This document shows positions 12,065-25,000 of a DNA stretch of 64,000 nucleotides, one piece after another. The DNA is from Bigelowiella natans CCMP2755 (Eukaryota; Protista; Cercozoa). Where the stretch lies: NCBI GenBank assembly GCA_000320545.1, contig ADNK01002458.1:9160-73159 (forward strand). Reading direction: 5' to 3'. Under the pieces are notes generated by a model. That model was given only the letters and a program-made list of their open reading frames with translations. It was not told where the DNA came from and ran no database searches. Every line of letters begins with the position of its first letter. Positions within the stretch are counted from its first letter, which is position 1. Made by a program: the position numbers and the translations under genes.

Positions 12065-12631
12065 TCTTCGTAGATGCGCTGGAGCTGTTCTGTTAGCTTT
12101 GTTGGTTTTCAGACTTAGAATACATTGCTAAATGATATAAATATCGTGAACACACAATATCTGTCTTCTTCTATTTCATTCATATTCATGTCGTAGAGTA
12201 TAATTAGACCCTCATGTCCATTTATTTTCCACTTGGAATCTGAATCCTTTGGCTTTCTCCCGCCAAATACTGAGCTGCGCTTATGATCCATATTACATCC
12301 ATAAAACATCCTATCACCATGTAATACTGTTATGCTTTTGGATTTGTTTATTTACGTTCCTTACGATAAGATCATCATATCTTATTTACTATCGATGAAA
12401 TATTTAATTTTTATTATCAGAATGTAAGAGGAAGCACAATCGTGCTCGTTACTGTTGTTGCTGGTGTATCGCAGCTCTGTACTCAAGACACTTTTTGCTC
12501 GGATAAATATTCAAACTTTTCAACATTCTAACTTCGAAGAAGAATTCCTTTGTCGCATAAAGTAAATTCCCATGTATTTGTAGCGCGTCGATTACAAACC
12601 ATAGAAGACACGTGCTCTGAGGAGGACGCGA

Positions 12632-13747
12632 ATGATGCTGAGTGGCCGTCTTCGCTACCCCCTCCTCTCCACCCTTTTATTTGCATTATCCTTCCCCGTC
12701 TCCGTCCAATCTGGACGATTGAAGAATGTGCGACAACCTCTGCGAAGTATGATTAGTTTGCGAAGGGCCGGAAGAGGTGCCCGAAGAGCCATCAAAATAC
12801 ATTCCGCGACGTCTCCTCAACTGTCCATGCAGCCTCCAGCCTCTAAAACGAAGGAGGAGGATCCAGAGATTGAAAGACTCAAGGAGACGATTCTTACTGA
12901 AGCGAAATCCTTCTTCGATCCCATGGATCAGTAAGAAGAAGAAAAAAAATAGGAAGAAAAAGAAGAAGAAAGGGAATTATATTGTTCAAAGATATCCAGA
13001 AATTTTAAGGAGTGCAAGGGAAGAGATGAGGATGAGGATGATGATAATGATGATAATGAAGAAGAAGATGATGATAATGGTAGCGAATGACAAACATGTT
13101 GTTTTTGTCGGTACAACCACTAGATCAATCTACGTCCCAGATGTAGAGTTCAATGATCCTCTCAACTCCTTCAAAGGCATTGATAAGTATAAGGTATAGA
13201 TGTGTCATCTCTACGGCATGGTATGCATATCACGAAACTACTGAATGATACTATTGAGCAGCTGCAAATCAATTTTCACTGGCGATAATTTCCAGAATTA
13301 CCACAAATATTCTGTCTGCGTGACTATGTAATAATTCAGGATAACGTAGACATGCTGGGAGGAAGGACGTTGCTTGGGATGTTTGCTTTCGACCAGACCA
13401 ACCTTAAAATACACGACATCAAACAAGAATCAGATCGCACTTTGGTCACAAGATGGACGATGGAATTTAGGGTGGGTGGGAGCTCCTTTAGATTGATATT
13501 ATTAAGCGTTAGTGCCATATTAATTAAAGGCTCATATCATCAACATATCATTAACGTGATCGGAATTCCATCATCTCACAATGTGACCATTATTATCATC
13601 ATCATCACCATCATCATCATCATTATGATCTATACCCTGACTACCAATAGTTCAAACTGCTTCCATGGAAACCAACTGTGGTATTCACCGGTATCTCGAA
13701 GTACACCCTCAACGACAACTATAAGGTGGGTGGCTTGCTTTAGAGAA

Positions 13748-13797
<50 letters not shown>

Positions 13798-15398
13798 AGG
13801 GGAGGGGGGAGGGCAAATACAGACGATGATGACAATGGTGATAAACAAGAATTCTGCTGCTATCAGGTGCTAAAACATGAAGACTACTGGGACTCTGTCA
13901 ATATAGGCCCTGAGTATGATGATGAAGAAAAAGAAGAAGAAGAAAAAGAAGAAGAAGAATTACATGTATTACTACCTGAGACCATGAGAGACGGTATGTA
14001 ATGATCATCACGACAATCATCACCATCACACGAAGTACTACTTCACAGTGGGACGTACGTCAAGATGCCGCTAGTTCAAGGGCTAAAAGACTTCGTTGCA
14101 CAATTATTCTCAAAGTAGTACTTATGTACATATGTATATGTATGTATGTATGTATGTATGTTGAAGGCTCTTATAAGAAGATAGTAGTGAATGAACGACT
14201 TGATTTCGCTTACTTCTTAAGCACTTCTCGTTTGTGTATGTGTATTTATCTATTTGTAAAACATCATATTATATAATTGGACTTTCATTATATCAAGTTT
14301 CGTTGATGTTGTGGACGAATGCTCTTAAGAAGCCGCACAATTTGTTTTTTCACCATGACATTATTATATCCTACCCGCCCATTAATTTTCCGAATTATAA
14401 CTCTGAATAACTTGCATAGCCAAGTCGCTCCTGCCTTCTCCTCCACGTATTCTCCTGTTTCTTCTTCTTCATCATCATCATCATCATCATCGTCTTCTTC
14501 GATGGCGGGGGAGATGCCATACACATTGCTGCGGAGGGGAGAGAATGGGTATCAAGTGCGATCATATCCTGGATACGTAGCAGCTCAAGTCTCTTCCTAT
14601 TCTAAGCGTTCGGAAGCATGGGAGCAGCTTGGGAATTACGCTGCCCAAGTAAACATCAGACCTTTTGCCCCTTCCATTATGGAAATTGAACGCCGAGGAG
14701 GAGGAGGAGGAGGAGGAGGACAAGGGGGAGAAGAAACATCGGGTAATAAGTAAGAACGTGTAGCAAACAAAAGGCTGCTATTACCTTATAACACGAGGAT
14801 CTGGTTGGGAGCTGGGGGAGGAGGGGGAATATGGTTTAGTTTCATCAGGGGCATCATCATGTGAAATACATGTGAATAGATGGATGATGGGAATATCGGT
14901 TATTAAAATCTTCACATGCAATTTATCTTTGATTTATTCAATAATGATAGCCTCCTCCTTAACAAAGAAAATGCATTGGCCAATGCACCTTTCAACGTGT
15001 GTACTACGTACCTACTGCGTACCGACTATGTACCGATTACTGCTGCTTACAAAAAAGACTCATCAGATCTCTTTCTTTTTTCTTTCACAGATACACCACT
15101 TTGTTTCTACTACCTAGAACTGGTCATCAATCATGTAATCTACGTCTCTACTTCCTTTATTTTGTGTGGCACCAGTACCAGTCAGCTCCCTCAAGATGAT
15201 TATGATGATGATGGGAACTTCGCTGTTGGGTCTTCTTCTTCTTCTTCTTCTTCTTCTTCTTCTTCTTCTTCTACGCAGCTTGTAGAGATTCCTCCAACAG
15301 TTTATGCGGTACTACTACTTGCTATAGCTATACATGCATACTGTATGATTGCCCAATTACTCTTCTATTCATGTATTATAAACTAAATAATATATATA

Positions 15399-15444
<46 letters not shown>

Positions 15445-16117
15445 GTGTGCGTGTGTTAATAGTATATACCTGTTTTCTTCTTCTCCTTCCAACAACATAA
15501 ACATAAAACAACCAATAATAGGTCAAGACATTTTCGGAACCTCTTACAGAAGACACTGTTGAGGCGATGCATTTGGAATTGATGGCCCAGGTTTAATGCT
15601 TGATATTCACGTGTGTGTGTGTGTGTGTGCTACACTTTTCATGAGGTCGCAGTAAAAACGGTAACACCAACAGTAGACATATACTGCTTTTGTGTATTGT
15701 TGTAGATCTCCCTGACTTTGCTCAATATTGATATTCTCAGCTAAAGAAGGAGGGATTACGTCCAAAAAGTGATGATGAACCTGGTCTCGCGAAGAGAATA
15801 TTTGTTCAGGTAGAGAGGAGAAAAAAAAAATAGAACATTAGAAATACAGTAGTTATAATATTTTGGGGGAAAAATGTTTCCAAGTGCATCTGATCGTTTC
15901 CTCTCTTTCCGAGCATTATTGTTCGCCATGTTTTGTTGTTTTACTGTAAGATCTTAGTCTATCTATGTTAAGTCGGAGTAGCATTAGAATATATTGCTAC
16001 ACAAAGAATATTTAATTATGAAAATTCCTTTGGTAGTTTGACGAGCTATACAGTCTCAGAGACCGTAGAAATGAAGTTTGGATTCCTTTGGAAGATCATC
16101 TTTGGCCTAACGAATAG
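12632..16117 (+). CDS. Plastid-targeted DUF2358 (NTF2/SnoaL-like) plus SOUL heme-binding protein
   Basis: Signal peptide (PLLSTLLFALSFPVSVQSG) then an Arg-rich transit-like segment. DUF2358 motifs IYVPDVEFNDPLNSFKGIDKY, TRWTMEF, LPWKP..FTGISKY, HEDYWD. SOUL motifs PYTLLRR..YQVRSYP and RRNEVWIPL. Confidence 0.85.
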
Positions 16118-16725
16118 ACTGAATAGCGTGTGGCTTAGATAAAATGAATATACACATGCATGATTATAATATACATACTGCAATAAAGCTATAAAGCGAT
16201 GCTTTAGATCGGCTTGCTGAATGTATTAGCTGGAAGCAATCTAATACGTAGTCTAGGTAGTAGGCGAACTGCATGAGCGTATCTCCTATCGCAATTATTT
16301 GCACCACTAGTCCGGCAACACGCATGTTATCATTCATAGCCTAGCGCTAGTAGCGATGGACACGAACATTAACTGAACGTGACCCGTCTTTTAGGCTGCG
16401 TGAAGTTTCGGTGTACGCATGCATACGTCAAAGGAAAGCGGTGGGCGCGTGGAGGCATGTGCATGATATAGCATGCTCCATGTATATAAATGCAAAGAAT
16501 AAGCTACAGCAGGATATGATGATTGAAAGAACTATTTAATGATTCATTACATTCGTCCCATAAGCGACCTACCTTTGCATATTTTTGTTTACTGCGCGGC
16601 AGTACATATAATGCTAGAATGTATAGTCTGCATAGCATATGCGTATGTGGTAGCGGTCATTGACATCAATGTATACTAACGTCTGACATATAGGATGTAA
16701 TACTACAAAGGTAAAAACATTGAAG

Positions 16726-18553
16726 TTACTGCCTGCGAGCGAGTTTCTGGGCTTTTTTGACTCTTTTTTGAACCTCAGGTGCCAGTCTCGCGATAGCTTC
16801 CGGCGTCATACTCAGCAACTTTTGTATCATTTTCTAATTATAAGGCATGAGAGCTTATTTAGGGCATAACTTGATAGAAAATGGTATAATAATTGTAACC
16901 TGCTCAGCGAGTTGCTTCGGTGTTGGATTGTTTAATCTCAGAGCTCTGTTCGACTTATTTGCTGGTACTGTAGCAATAGAATAAGAAGGCGGAGGACCAC
17001 TCAGAATGTTAAGTACATTGAAACTCAGAGAGAACATTCATTCAGCGTGATAGAACCAACCTGACATTCTCGCGATACGAGAGGGATGCATGCCATTGAT
17101 GAGTTGTGATTCTCCTCCTATAGTCGATGATGCCGCAGAGGTGTTTGATGGGTGTTGCATTGCCGGGGCTCCTGCATTTCCACCGTACCAGTTATTATTC
17201 GCTCCTGCTTGAGAAAAGGGGGCTACTGAATGCTGCATCGCCGGGGGTCTTGTCACTGGATGTTGTACTGTTGTTCTCATCCCTGCTGCTTTTCGTGTTG
17301 GTCTTCCTTGCTGTTTCTTGTGCTCCTTGTAGAGCAATTTAATTTGGTTGTCCTTGACTAAACCTAATGATGATGCGGAGGTGGAAATTGAGGATGAAAG
17401 TGTGTATGATGATGATGATGATAGAGTGGTGGTGATGGAAATTGATGATGAAGAGTGGACGTGAAGGGATATTGTATGCAGACCAAAAGCCAACTGGATT
17501 TGGAGCAACATTTCAGCAAGTTGAGGAGATTCTATAAGCAACTGCCGTGCTCCTGCTCGATCCTGCAATGGTGGTGGTGTACCATGCAATCAATCAAACC
17601 GCTGCTGCTACAAACAATGACAGTCATAGTTCTACCTTTGCAGCAAATGCCTTCATTTCAGACAAAATCGTAAGCATCTGGTCTTGTCCCAGGTTTGAGA
17701 CGTAAGAGGAGATATCCTGTTTCGTCTGCCAGTTTGTCAACATTCAGTCAGCAAAATGAACTTTAGCTGTTTCGACAATGCACAAACCTTTCGCTTATTA
17801 TCAATAAGACTCGGAACAGAGCCAAGCGGTTTAGTATTATTCGTGACTTTTTTTGCAGTCAATGGAGCAGATTGCGTCACCCGGATGGTTGATGATGATG
17901 CAGATGGTTTTGGAGGAGGAGAAGGTTTTGGTTGTTGAGGAGGGGGTGGCAGCGATTTCAGCATATTTGCAAACTTGGCACTACCAGTGTGGATGATATA
18001 TTATTTTCTCAGTATTACGACCAGAATCTAATTAAAATGAACTAATTGCGGACCTATGTTGAGGGCTATCAGCTGCTTCGATCCGAAGAGGCCTTCCATG
18101 GAAGTCACACTCCTTCAGATTGCGAACCGCACTCCTAGCTGTGCCTAACAATTTGAATTTGATCAGGATGGTGATGTAATGTAATTGATCAATAATTACT
18201 TACTCGCATCAGCGAACTCGCAAAAGCCATATCCTTTCGGCTGCCCTGTTTCCTCATCACTAATGAGCCTATGCATCGAAGTAGCACCATCTTAGATTGA
18301 ACAACCAGGTGAAGCTTTAAATGGAAAGGAAATTAAAGGGAAAACCTAAAATCCTTGACTAATCCAACTTTTCTTAAGACTTCTATGAGCTGTTGTTTCG
18401 TGGCGGCGTAGGGAATATTTCCAACTGATTATGTATGGGAAGAAGATGATGGTATTATGGATGACATAACTAATCAATAAGTAACAATGTACCGTATACG
18501 CAGCGTTTAGGATCCACTTGTAGAAATGTAGAAGATGATGAGGATGCCTGCAT
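16726..18553 (-). CDS. CSTF2: Cleavage stimulation factor 64 kDa subunit (RRM, hinge, C-terminal domain)
   Basis: RRM VYVGNIPYAATKQQL...DEETGQPKGYGFCEF...SAVRNL...GRPLRI, hinge ARQLLIESPQLAEMLLQIQ, C-terminal LLSMTPEAIARLAPEVQKRV. Confidence 0.9.
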
Positions 18554-18775
18554 TGATGAAGGGTCGCCACTCCTCGTATGTATGGGGCAGACGGGGACGG
18601 GCGGCAAGGCTTGTGCGATTTACTCGTATTTCGTAAATCCTATAGGGTTTTAATATTGCGACATGCTCCAATCGACACTGCTTAGAGATTTCCTGAAGCA
18701 TTCTCCCTTTTGCTCCTCAATTCAACGGGTTGAAGCAATATCAAGAAATTGTTAGAAGTCCATGGAAGTACTTAG

Positions 18776-19562
18776 GACAAAATAAGAACAAGAGTCGTAG
18801 ATCTTTTATCTTGTCAATAATCTGCACCGAACGAACCTGCTGAAACAAATGTTTTTGTCGGGAAACCTTCGATCGATCCCCGATACGGAAAGTGCTGCAA
18901 GAACAAAGTTAGAATGCGGGAATACTTTGTCATGAGACAAGGGTTTTTTATCAAAATGAATCCGAGATCCGTCCATATTCAGCATATAGAACCACATTCA
19001 TTCAGGAACAAACAGACTGAAAAGGTGATGATTCTTCCTGATGGTAGTTTTTTTGCCCTGACATCAAGGGAATATTCTTTAAGTGCCTCTCAAGCGGGTT
19101 CCAAAAAGTCCTTAGTAACATGTCAGGCTTAGCTCGTACGGAAAGCGAGACTGTGCAGAATCAAAAATGGCCTACAATTTTCTGAAAAGTGTGGTCTTTT
19201 TGAAGTGGCGTCATGACGAAAATTGGAAATATCCTCGCAGAAAGGGTATCTTCCAAAGTCCTTCGTCGAGCAAGGCTGATTGCTACTTCTTCAGAACACT
19301 ATCTGTCCGGCCCCCCCTCATCGATCCACTCTTGCCTCGTCCTACCGAATCCTGATACATTCAAAAGGAAAGGGCATATACTGGATCGGGGGGGAAAGAT
19401 AAAGTCTCTGGCATCACTTTTTTCCCCGTGGGCTGTTAATAGGGCAAAAAGACTTCGGAAGAGAGGTTGGAAGGATACTAGAATTTTCGACGGGGTGAAG
19501 TGAAATGATAAGTGTGATCTCTCTGTATCAGCATTGAGTTCCTTCTCTTCACCCTTTTTTTT
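18776..19562 (+). ncRNA. Candidate large structured RNA of unknown class with group I intron-like core elements
   Basis: More than 12 helices of 6-14 bp, several long-range. G-U pairs and a GAAA tetraloop favour the + strand. Ends in a hairpin plus T8. No credible ORF. Confidence 0.55.
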
Positions 19563-19801
19563 ATTTAATCGATATGATATTTTCAAATTTGACGATCGAT
19601 CAAAAGAATCCACTCCACGGGAGCGAATTTTCCGGACATTCCGATTGCGCCCGACCATATTGCTGTCGAGTCGAATTGGCGCACAAATGCAATTACCTTG
19701 ACGAATTGTAATGCAACATGTATTGAAGACGTCGGTGCATCTTTCGACACCGCTCATTTGATATATAACATGCAGTATTTCACGTAAATTGACACAGCAT
19801 A

Positions 19802-22043
19802 ATGGGAGCTGGAGTGCCATCTAGGGAAGTTGCTGCAGTTGGGGGGGGCGCTGAAGAAGCTGATATTGCAGGCGATATAGAAGTTAGTTCTTTTACTGAT
19901 GTGTTATGTGGGTATTGTGAACATAAGAAGAAAAGATCTCAGCTAGCTTCATTTCGCAGGATGACCAGCAAGTAATATTGCAAACAAGGGCGCCCGGCGA
20001 TCTAGATGAAGCCTACCAGGATCTCCTTCAGGACGGCTTGATCGTCCGGTATGACTCATACGTCAAGAAAAAAAAAGATCGGCAAATGCGCAAGGTCAGG
20101 ACATTTGCTTTATTAGTTTGTAATGAACGCCTTCTAATGACCAATTACGATCTGTTCGACAGAAAATGGATAGCAAAGTTGTCCTTCAGAATAGCATCAC
20201 TGAACAGCCTTCGGAATCTCATTTTCGCAGGAAGCATTTAAAATGTCTTCAGGTATATTACAAGAGATTTATTAATTTCATTGTATTAATATCTCCGCAT
20301 ATAATCAGCGAGAAATGTCGTTCCTAGCGCAACCAGCAGATCTGTATGCAGATGTCATGGGAGCTCGTGAACAAGTCATATTTCGTATGGCTGTAGCATT
20401 TCAAAGAATTCTTGCTTATGAGAAGGTAACATACAAGAACCAACTTCGGATATTAGATATGGGGACATAATCCGTACTTCGTAGCATCTGTTTAGATTTG
20501 CTAAAACGCATTAATATATATTTGCTCAGAAAAATGGGAAGTCCTACCAAAGTAGCACGGATGAAAAGGCAAGATGCATAGAACATTTTCTGAAGAATAT
20601 ACCTACTGCCTTCGGCGAAGAGGAGGAGGAAGAGTCTAAAAGTAAATCAGATGGAACTACCAAATCAAAAGATAAAATGGAAAGTAGCGATGGTAAGACA
20701 CCAACTGACAAGGGAAACGCGGAGGAGAAGGACGATTCTAAGAATGTAAAAGAATCAAAAGATGAAAGGGAGGTAAAGGAAGCGACATCAGCAAGGGAAA
20801 ACACCACCAGTCAAGACACAGCAGAGGAAAAAACCGTAACTACTGATGAGGTATCCACTGGTTCTCAAGTAGATGCTGGTGAGAAAGATGCTAAAACGGT
20901 TGAGAAGCCTAGCGAAATCCAGGAAAACAAGCAAAAGGGTAAGAATGCAAACGTGCCAGAGCCAATCTACTCCATGGACAGTAAGTTTATAGAAGAAATG
21001 GTTCAATTTGCGGATACGCTGCCTGAGATTTTCGGGTCTACTGGCCTACTCGCCAGACCGCGAGACACTGCCAATAGCAGTAGAGTTAGCAAAGCAAATT
21101 TGGGAGAAGTGTTGAACTCGTTGCAGTCGGTAGGGAATAGGCTTCAAGGAAGCGCACGACTTCGATTCGAAAGTAACATCCGAGATATCTTCAGTTTAGC
21201 CCGTCAAGGGGGGGTCGAATCCCTTGGAGATGGATTGTCTGAAGTCATCGACCTTATAGACCGTGACAATGTCGACTTGGATCAGATATTATCGGGAGGA
21301 TTCCCATTCCTCAATCCAGGGATGCGTCAATCTCGAGGAGGACGAGGAGGAGGAGGAAGAGGAGGAAGAGGAGGAAGAGGAGGAGGAAGGATTGGGCAGA
21401 GAACGCAGCGTGGTGGTACACCTTCCAGAGAAGTTAGGCAAGTAGAGCTGCAGAGAGCTCTGGAAGCTGCAGCCCAATCACTCGGGATATCTTCAGAACG
21501 AACTTCTCTTGTATCTACGAACACATCAGCTTCTACGCCAGTAACTTCTCTTGTACACGGTACGCCTGCTTCTAGCTCTGCAGCTGCTTCACCTAATTCT
21601 AGTGCTGCTGCCGCTGTAGAGGATTCTAAGGCGGGTTCTATTGAAAATGAATCAAAGACGTCCTTAGATTCGAAATTATCGCCAGAGCCAACAGGAGAAA
21701 CAATCGCAGAGTCTGGTGAATCCCAGAGCGGTAGTGCTGCTGGGGAAGATGCTGTGGAAAGCGAAGCTGAGGCCAAGAGTGAAGGAAAAAGTGGGGATGA
21801 ATCAAATCCTGGAGGTGGGGCCGAAAGTGAGGCTAAAGGTGATCATCATCCTCCTAGAAGCGAAGCTGGGGAAGGAGGCACTACAAGTTCGAGAGGAAAT
21901 GCAGAGAGTGCTACAACCACTACAGCTAGCAGCAGTACTGGTGTATCAGCATCATCATCAGCCCCGACAACAAACACGGAACAACCTTCTGATGCAAAGG
22001 AAGTAAAGGAAGTAAAGGAGAGTAAGGATGATGCTAGTAGTAA

Positions 22044-22075
<32 letters not shown>

Positions 22076-25000
22076 ACCAAGCTGCGAACGAGGAAAGCAA
22101 AGCTCAGCAGACTTCTAATGCTTCTGGCGGTAGTCAGCCTTCCGCCACACCCCAGTCCTCCTCGGGAGGTAGAGCAGCAGCAGCAGAAGCTCTGAGCTAT
22201 GCAGCAGCAGTAGCGGCAAGAGGAGGGGGAGGAGGAGGGGGGAGCACATCGTCAAGCAGCCGAGGGGGCCCACGTGATGCTTCTAGCTCCCCTCCTGGAT
22301 GGCTAAACCATTTGGTGAGCAGTATGCCATCTTCTTCGAGAAGCAGCAACAGCAGGAGAGGAGGGGACTCAAAGGATTCAAAGGAAACTAAGACATTCAA
22401 ACAAGACGCCCATGACTGGGACTTCCGCTCCGAAAAGCTTCTCATGAGACTCATGGAGAGGTACGCTTTTCCTTAGAATCTACTTATGTTTCCTCATTTT
22501 TTGTTAATCTCGCTCTCCGTTCAATAAGCTTTCTCCTGTACCTATCTCATGCGAATAATCATGTATCTAGATGTACTAAGGATGCTAAGGACAGTCTTCG
22601 GGTTGTACTTGAATCAAAAGGCTCCAAAGTGAAGATGCCGAAAGCGTTCATCCAACTTCATCCTTGTGCAGATTTGCTATGGTTCCTCCAAATGGATCTA
22701 TTCAAGAAGTGTGTTGGAAGGAAGGAAGCCACCCACCCTGAAGTTCAAACGCTTATTCGATACTTGAAAGAATTACTTGGAGCGATCACAGAGCTACTCC
22801 AGATCGCCGCTCCTTTTTTGCAGAAGAAGAAAACCGATGCGAAAAATGACGACAAAGAGGAAGAAACTAAGAAAATAAAGGAATCAGGGGGAAATGAGGA
22901 GAAGGGGGCAGAAAAGGATGATTCTTCACAATCACTTGGGGTCGCGAGCGTCTCAAAGAAAGCACAAAAAAATTCCCCCAGTGTGGATAAGTCATCAGCA
23001 GTACATGGAATATTGTACGACTCGTTGGCAGGTGACATTGGGCAAATGGCTGTGGTTGTGATCGCATCTTCGGTCCTGCACCCAGTGTACGGTACACATC
23101 TCTCTGAAGCGCTAGTAGACTCTGTCATGGCTTTGCTCGGAGTTCTAGATAAAATCTCAACTTCGAGCAATACCACCCCCGAGGCTAAGTTTGAACGAGA
23201 ACTTACCAGTAGGTTCGACGCAGCCTCAAAACTGCATGCAAATCCTGTGATGATTGAGACTCCGCACACGTATTTCGCACCTGAGCCGGACAAAGTGGTC
23301 ACCATTCCTGGGGCCACTCACTTAAGCCTGGAATTCGACCCACGATGCAGTACAGAGCGTGGAAGAGATTTTCTCACAATAACTACGCCTTCGGGTGAAT
23401 CTGTCTGTGATGAGTTACATGGACGACCTGACACCTGGCCGGATATGCCCATCCTTGTTCCCGGAGACACAGCTATATTCCGTTTTAGACCAGACACTCC
23501 AAACAACTACTTTGGATATCGCTGTCTTGTAACAGGACTTTATCTTGGCCCTGAAGACGACGATAAAGTTGATGACGACAAGAAGGGAGAAACAAAAAAG
23601 AAGCATGGAGTCACAACGAAAACACCTGTGCCTTCGAGAGTGGAGCGTGGAGTATCTTCCACCATCACTAATGCACCCTCCAAATCCACAAATACAAACA
23701 GCAATGCAGAGTCAGAGAAGAGGAAGGAGAATCCCGACGAAAAGCCTCAGGAGAAGGTAATGACACAATTTTTGAAAGCTGTACGTGGTGACCTGACCAC
23801 TCGATGTTGTTATCATTATTATTATGCACTGTCGTTCAGATTGTCAAGGAAGAGAAGAAAGGGACCCTTACTTTTGTTGAGCCCCCAAAAGGTTGGGTGA
23901 TAGAATTAGAGCGCGCCTCGGCATGTGCGCTTGGCCGTTGCCTAAGGGCATTGTCGATTGGCCCGTCGGTTTCCCCGGAAGAGAAAAAGGCACATGACTG
24001 GTTAGCTTCACCACTTTTCGCTGGGGGCGCTGAAGGCATTGAGGTCACAATAAGATTCTAAGCAGCTCCAAGATTACTGAGCAATGTGTGACATGATGAC
24101 TTTTTAATGTTGACAGGAGAAGTTGGACGTGGGTAGTAACCCCAATAGCGATGAGTTGAGTCTGGAGGATTTGGTTGAGGATAGAAAAGGTTCGAGCGCA
24201 GCTAAATTGTATGCTCATATGCGAATGCTTCTGCCCAAGAAACCACATGAAATGATGGGAGGTACTGCGGTAAAGAAGACTGTGCGCAGATTTATTGCAA
24301 TAGTATTGAAGCATCTTGGTTTGTTACCGGTTGCGGAAGACTATTTGCACGAGCTTCAGGAAGACAGCAGCAGCACCACCAGCACCAGCAGCAGCTCCAA
24401 AAGCAAAGTAGTAATGGCAGTGGATCCAGTGCAAGCTCTTATGCGAGAAAAACTTCGTCAAGTGTGGGAATGCGCTCAAGAGTTTCACCTAATAATCTCT
24501 AGGGATTTCAGGCAGAACCAGATGGAGTTTTACGCTCGTGAGGAGAAGATGAAAGAGACAAAAGAACAGTGGGACGAGAAGGAACTTGAGAAGGCCAAGG
24601 CCAAGTTAACGTGGGAAGGATTCTGCAAGTCTATCAATGATCGATGCCTCCTGCTGCTCTCTCAACGCCCATTTTTTGAGGCATCGAACTCCGCCCGTGC
24701 TCTACTTATGACTCCCCCAAGGTTAACTCGCGTCAGTAGCGCCTACAAGCCCGCCAGTGGAAGCAGCAATGTCCACAATTCGCTAACAAGTCTGTATTCG
24801 GCATTCGACGTAGTTCATTCCTCATCTATAGATGACAAGGGAGAAGCGCCCACAGTCGATATGCAGCAGGAAGCCTTTAATCAACTCACAGATCTGGTAA
24901 TCCAATTTCTATCGGCTCCAAATCCGGTGTCTAAGTTCAAGAAGATGATGGAAGTACATGGCTGCCGCGCAAGACAGCGCATAAAGGCAATCCACACTCT

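Noticed and set aside
18643-18652. Telomere-like TAGGGTTTTA upstream of CSTF2
   Set aside because: A single short copy. It could be a telo-box but cannot be distinguished from chance.
18776-19562. Telomerase RNA, RNase P/MRP, SRP or snRNA identity for the structured element
   Set aside because: No CCCTAA-type template is present. A CR-V-like AACATGTCAGGCTTA lacks a properly placed CR-I partner. No SRP helix 8 or U1/U2/U3 signature was found. These are not fully excluded without covariance-model searches.
19299-19820. 173-aa minus-strand ORF and other ORFs over the structured element
   Set aside because: No recognisable motifs, and it overlaps the HECT start codon and promoter antisense.
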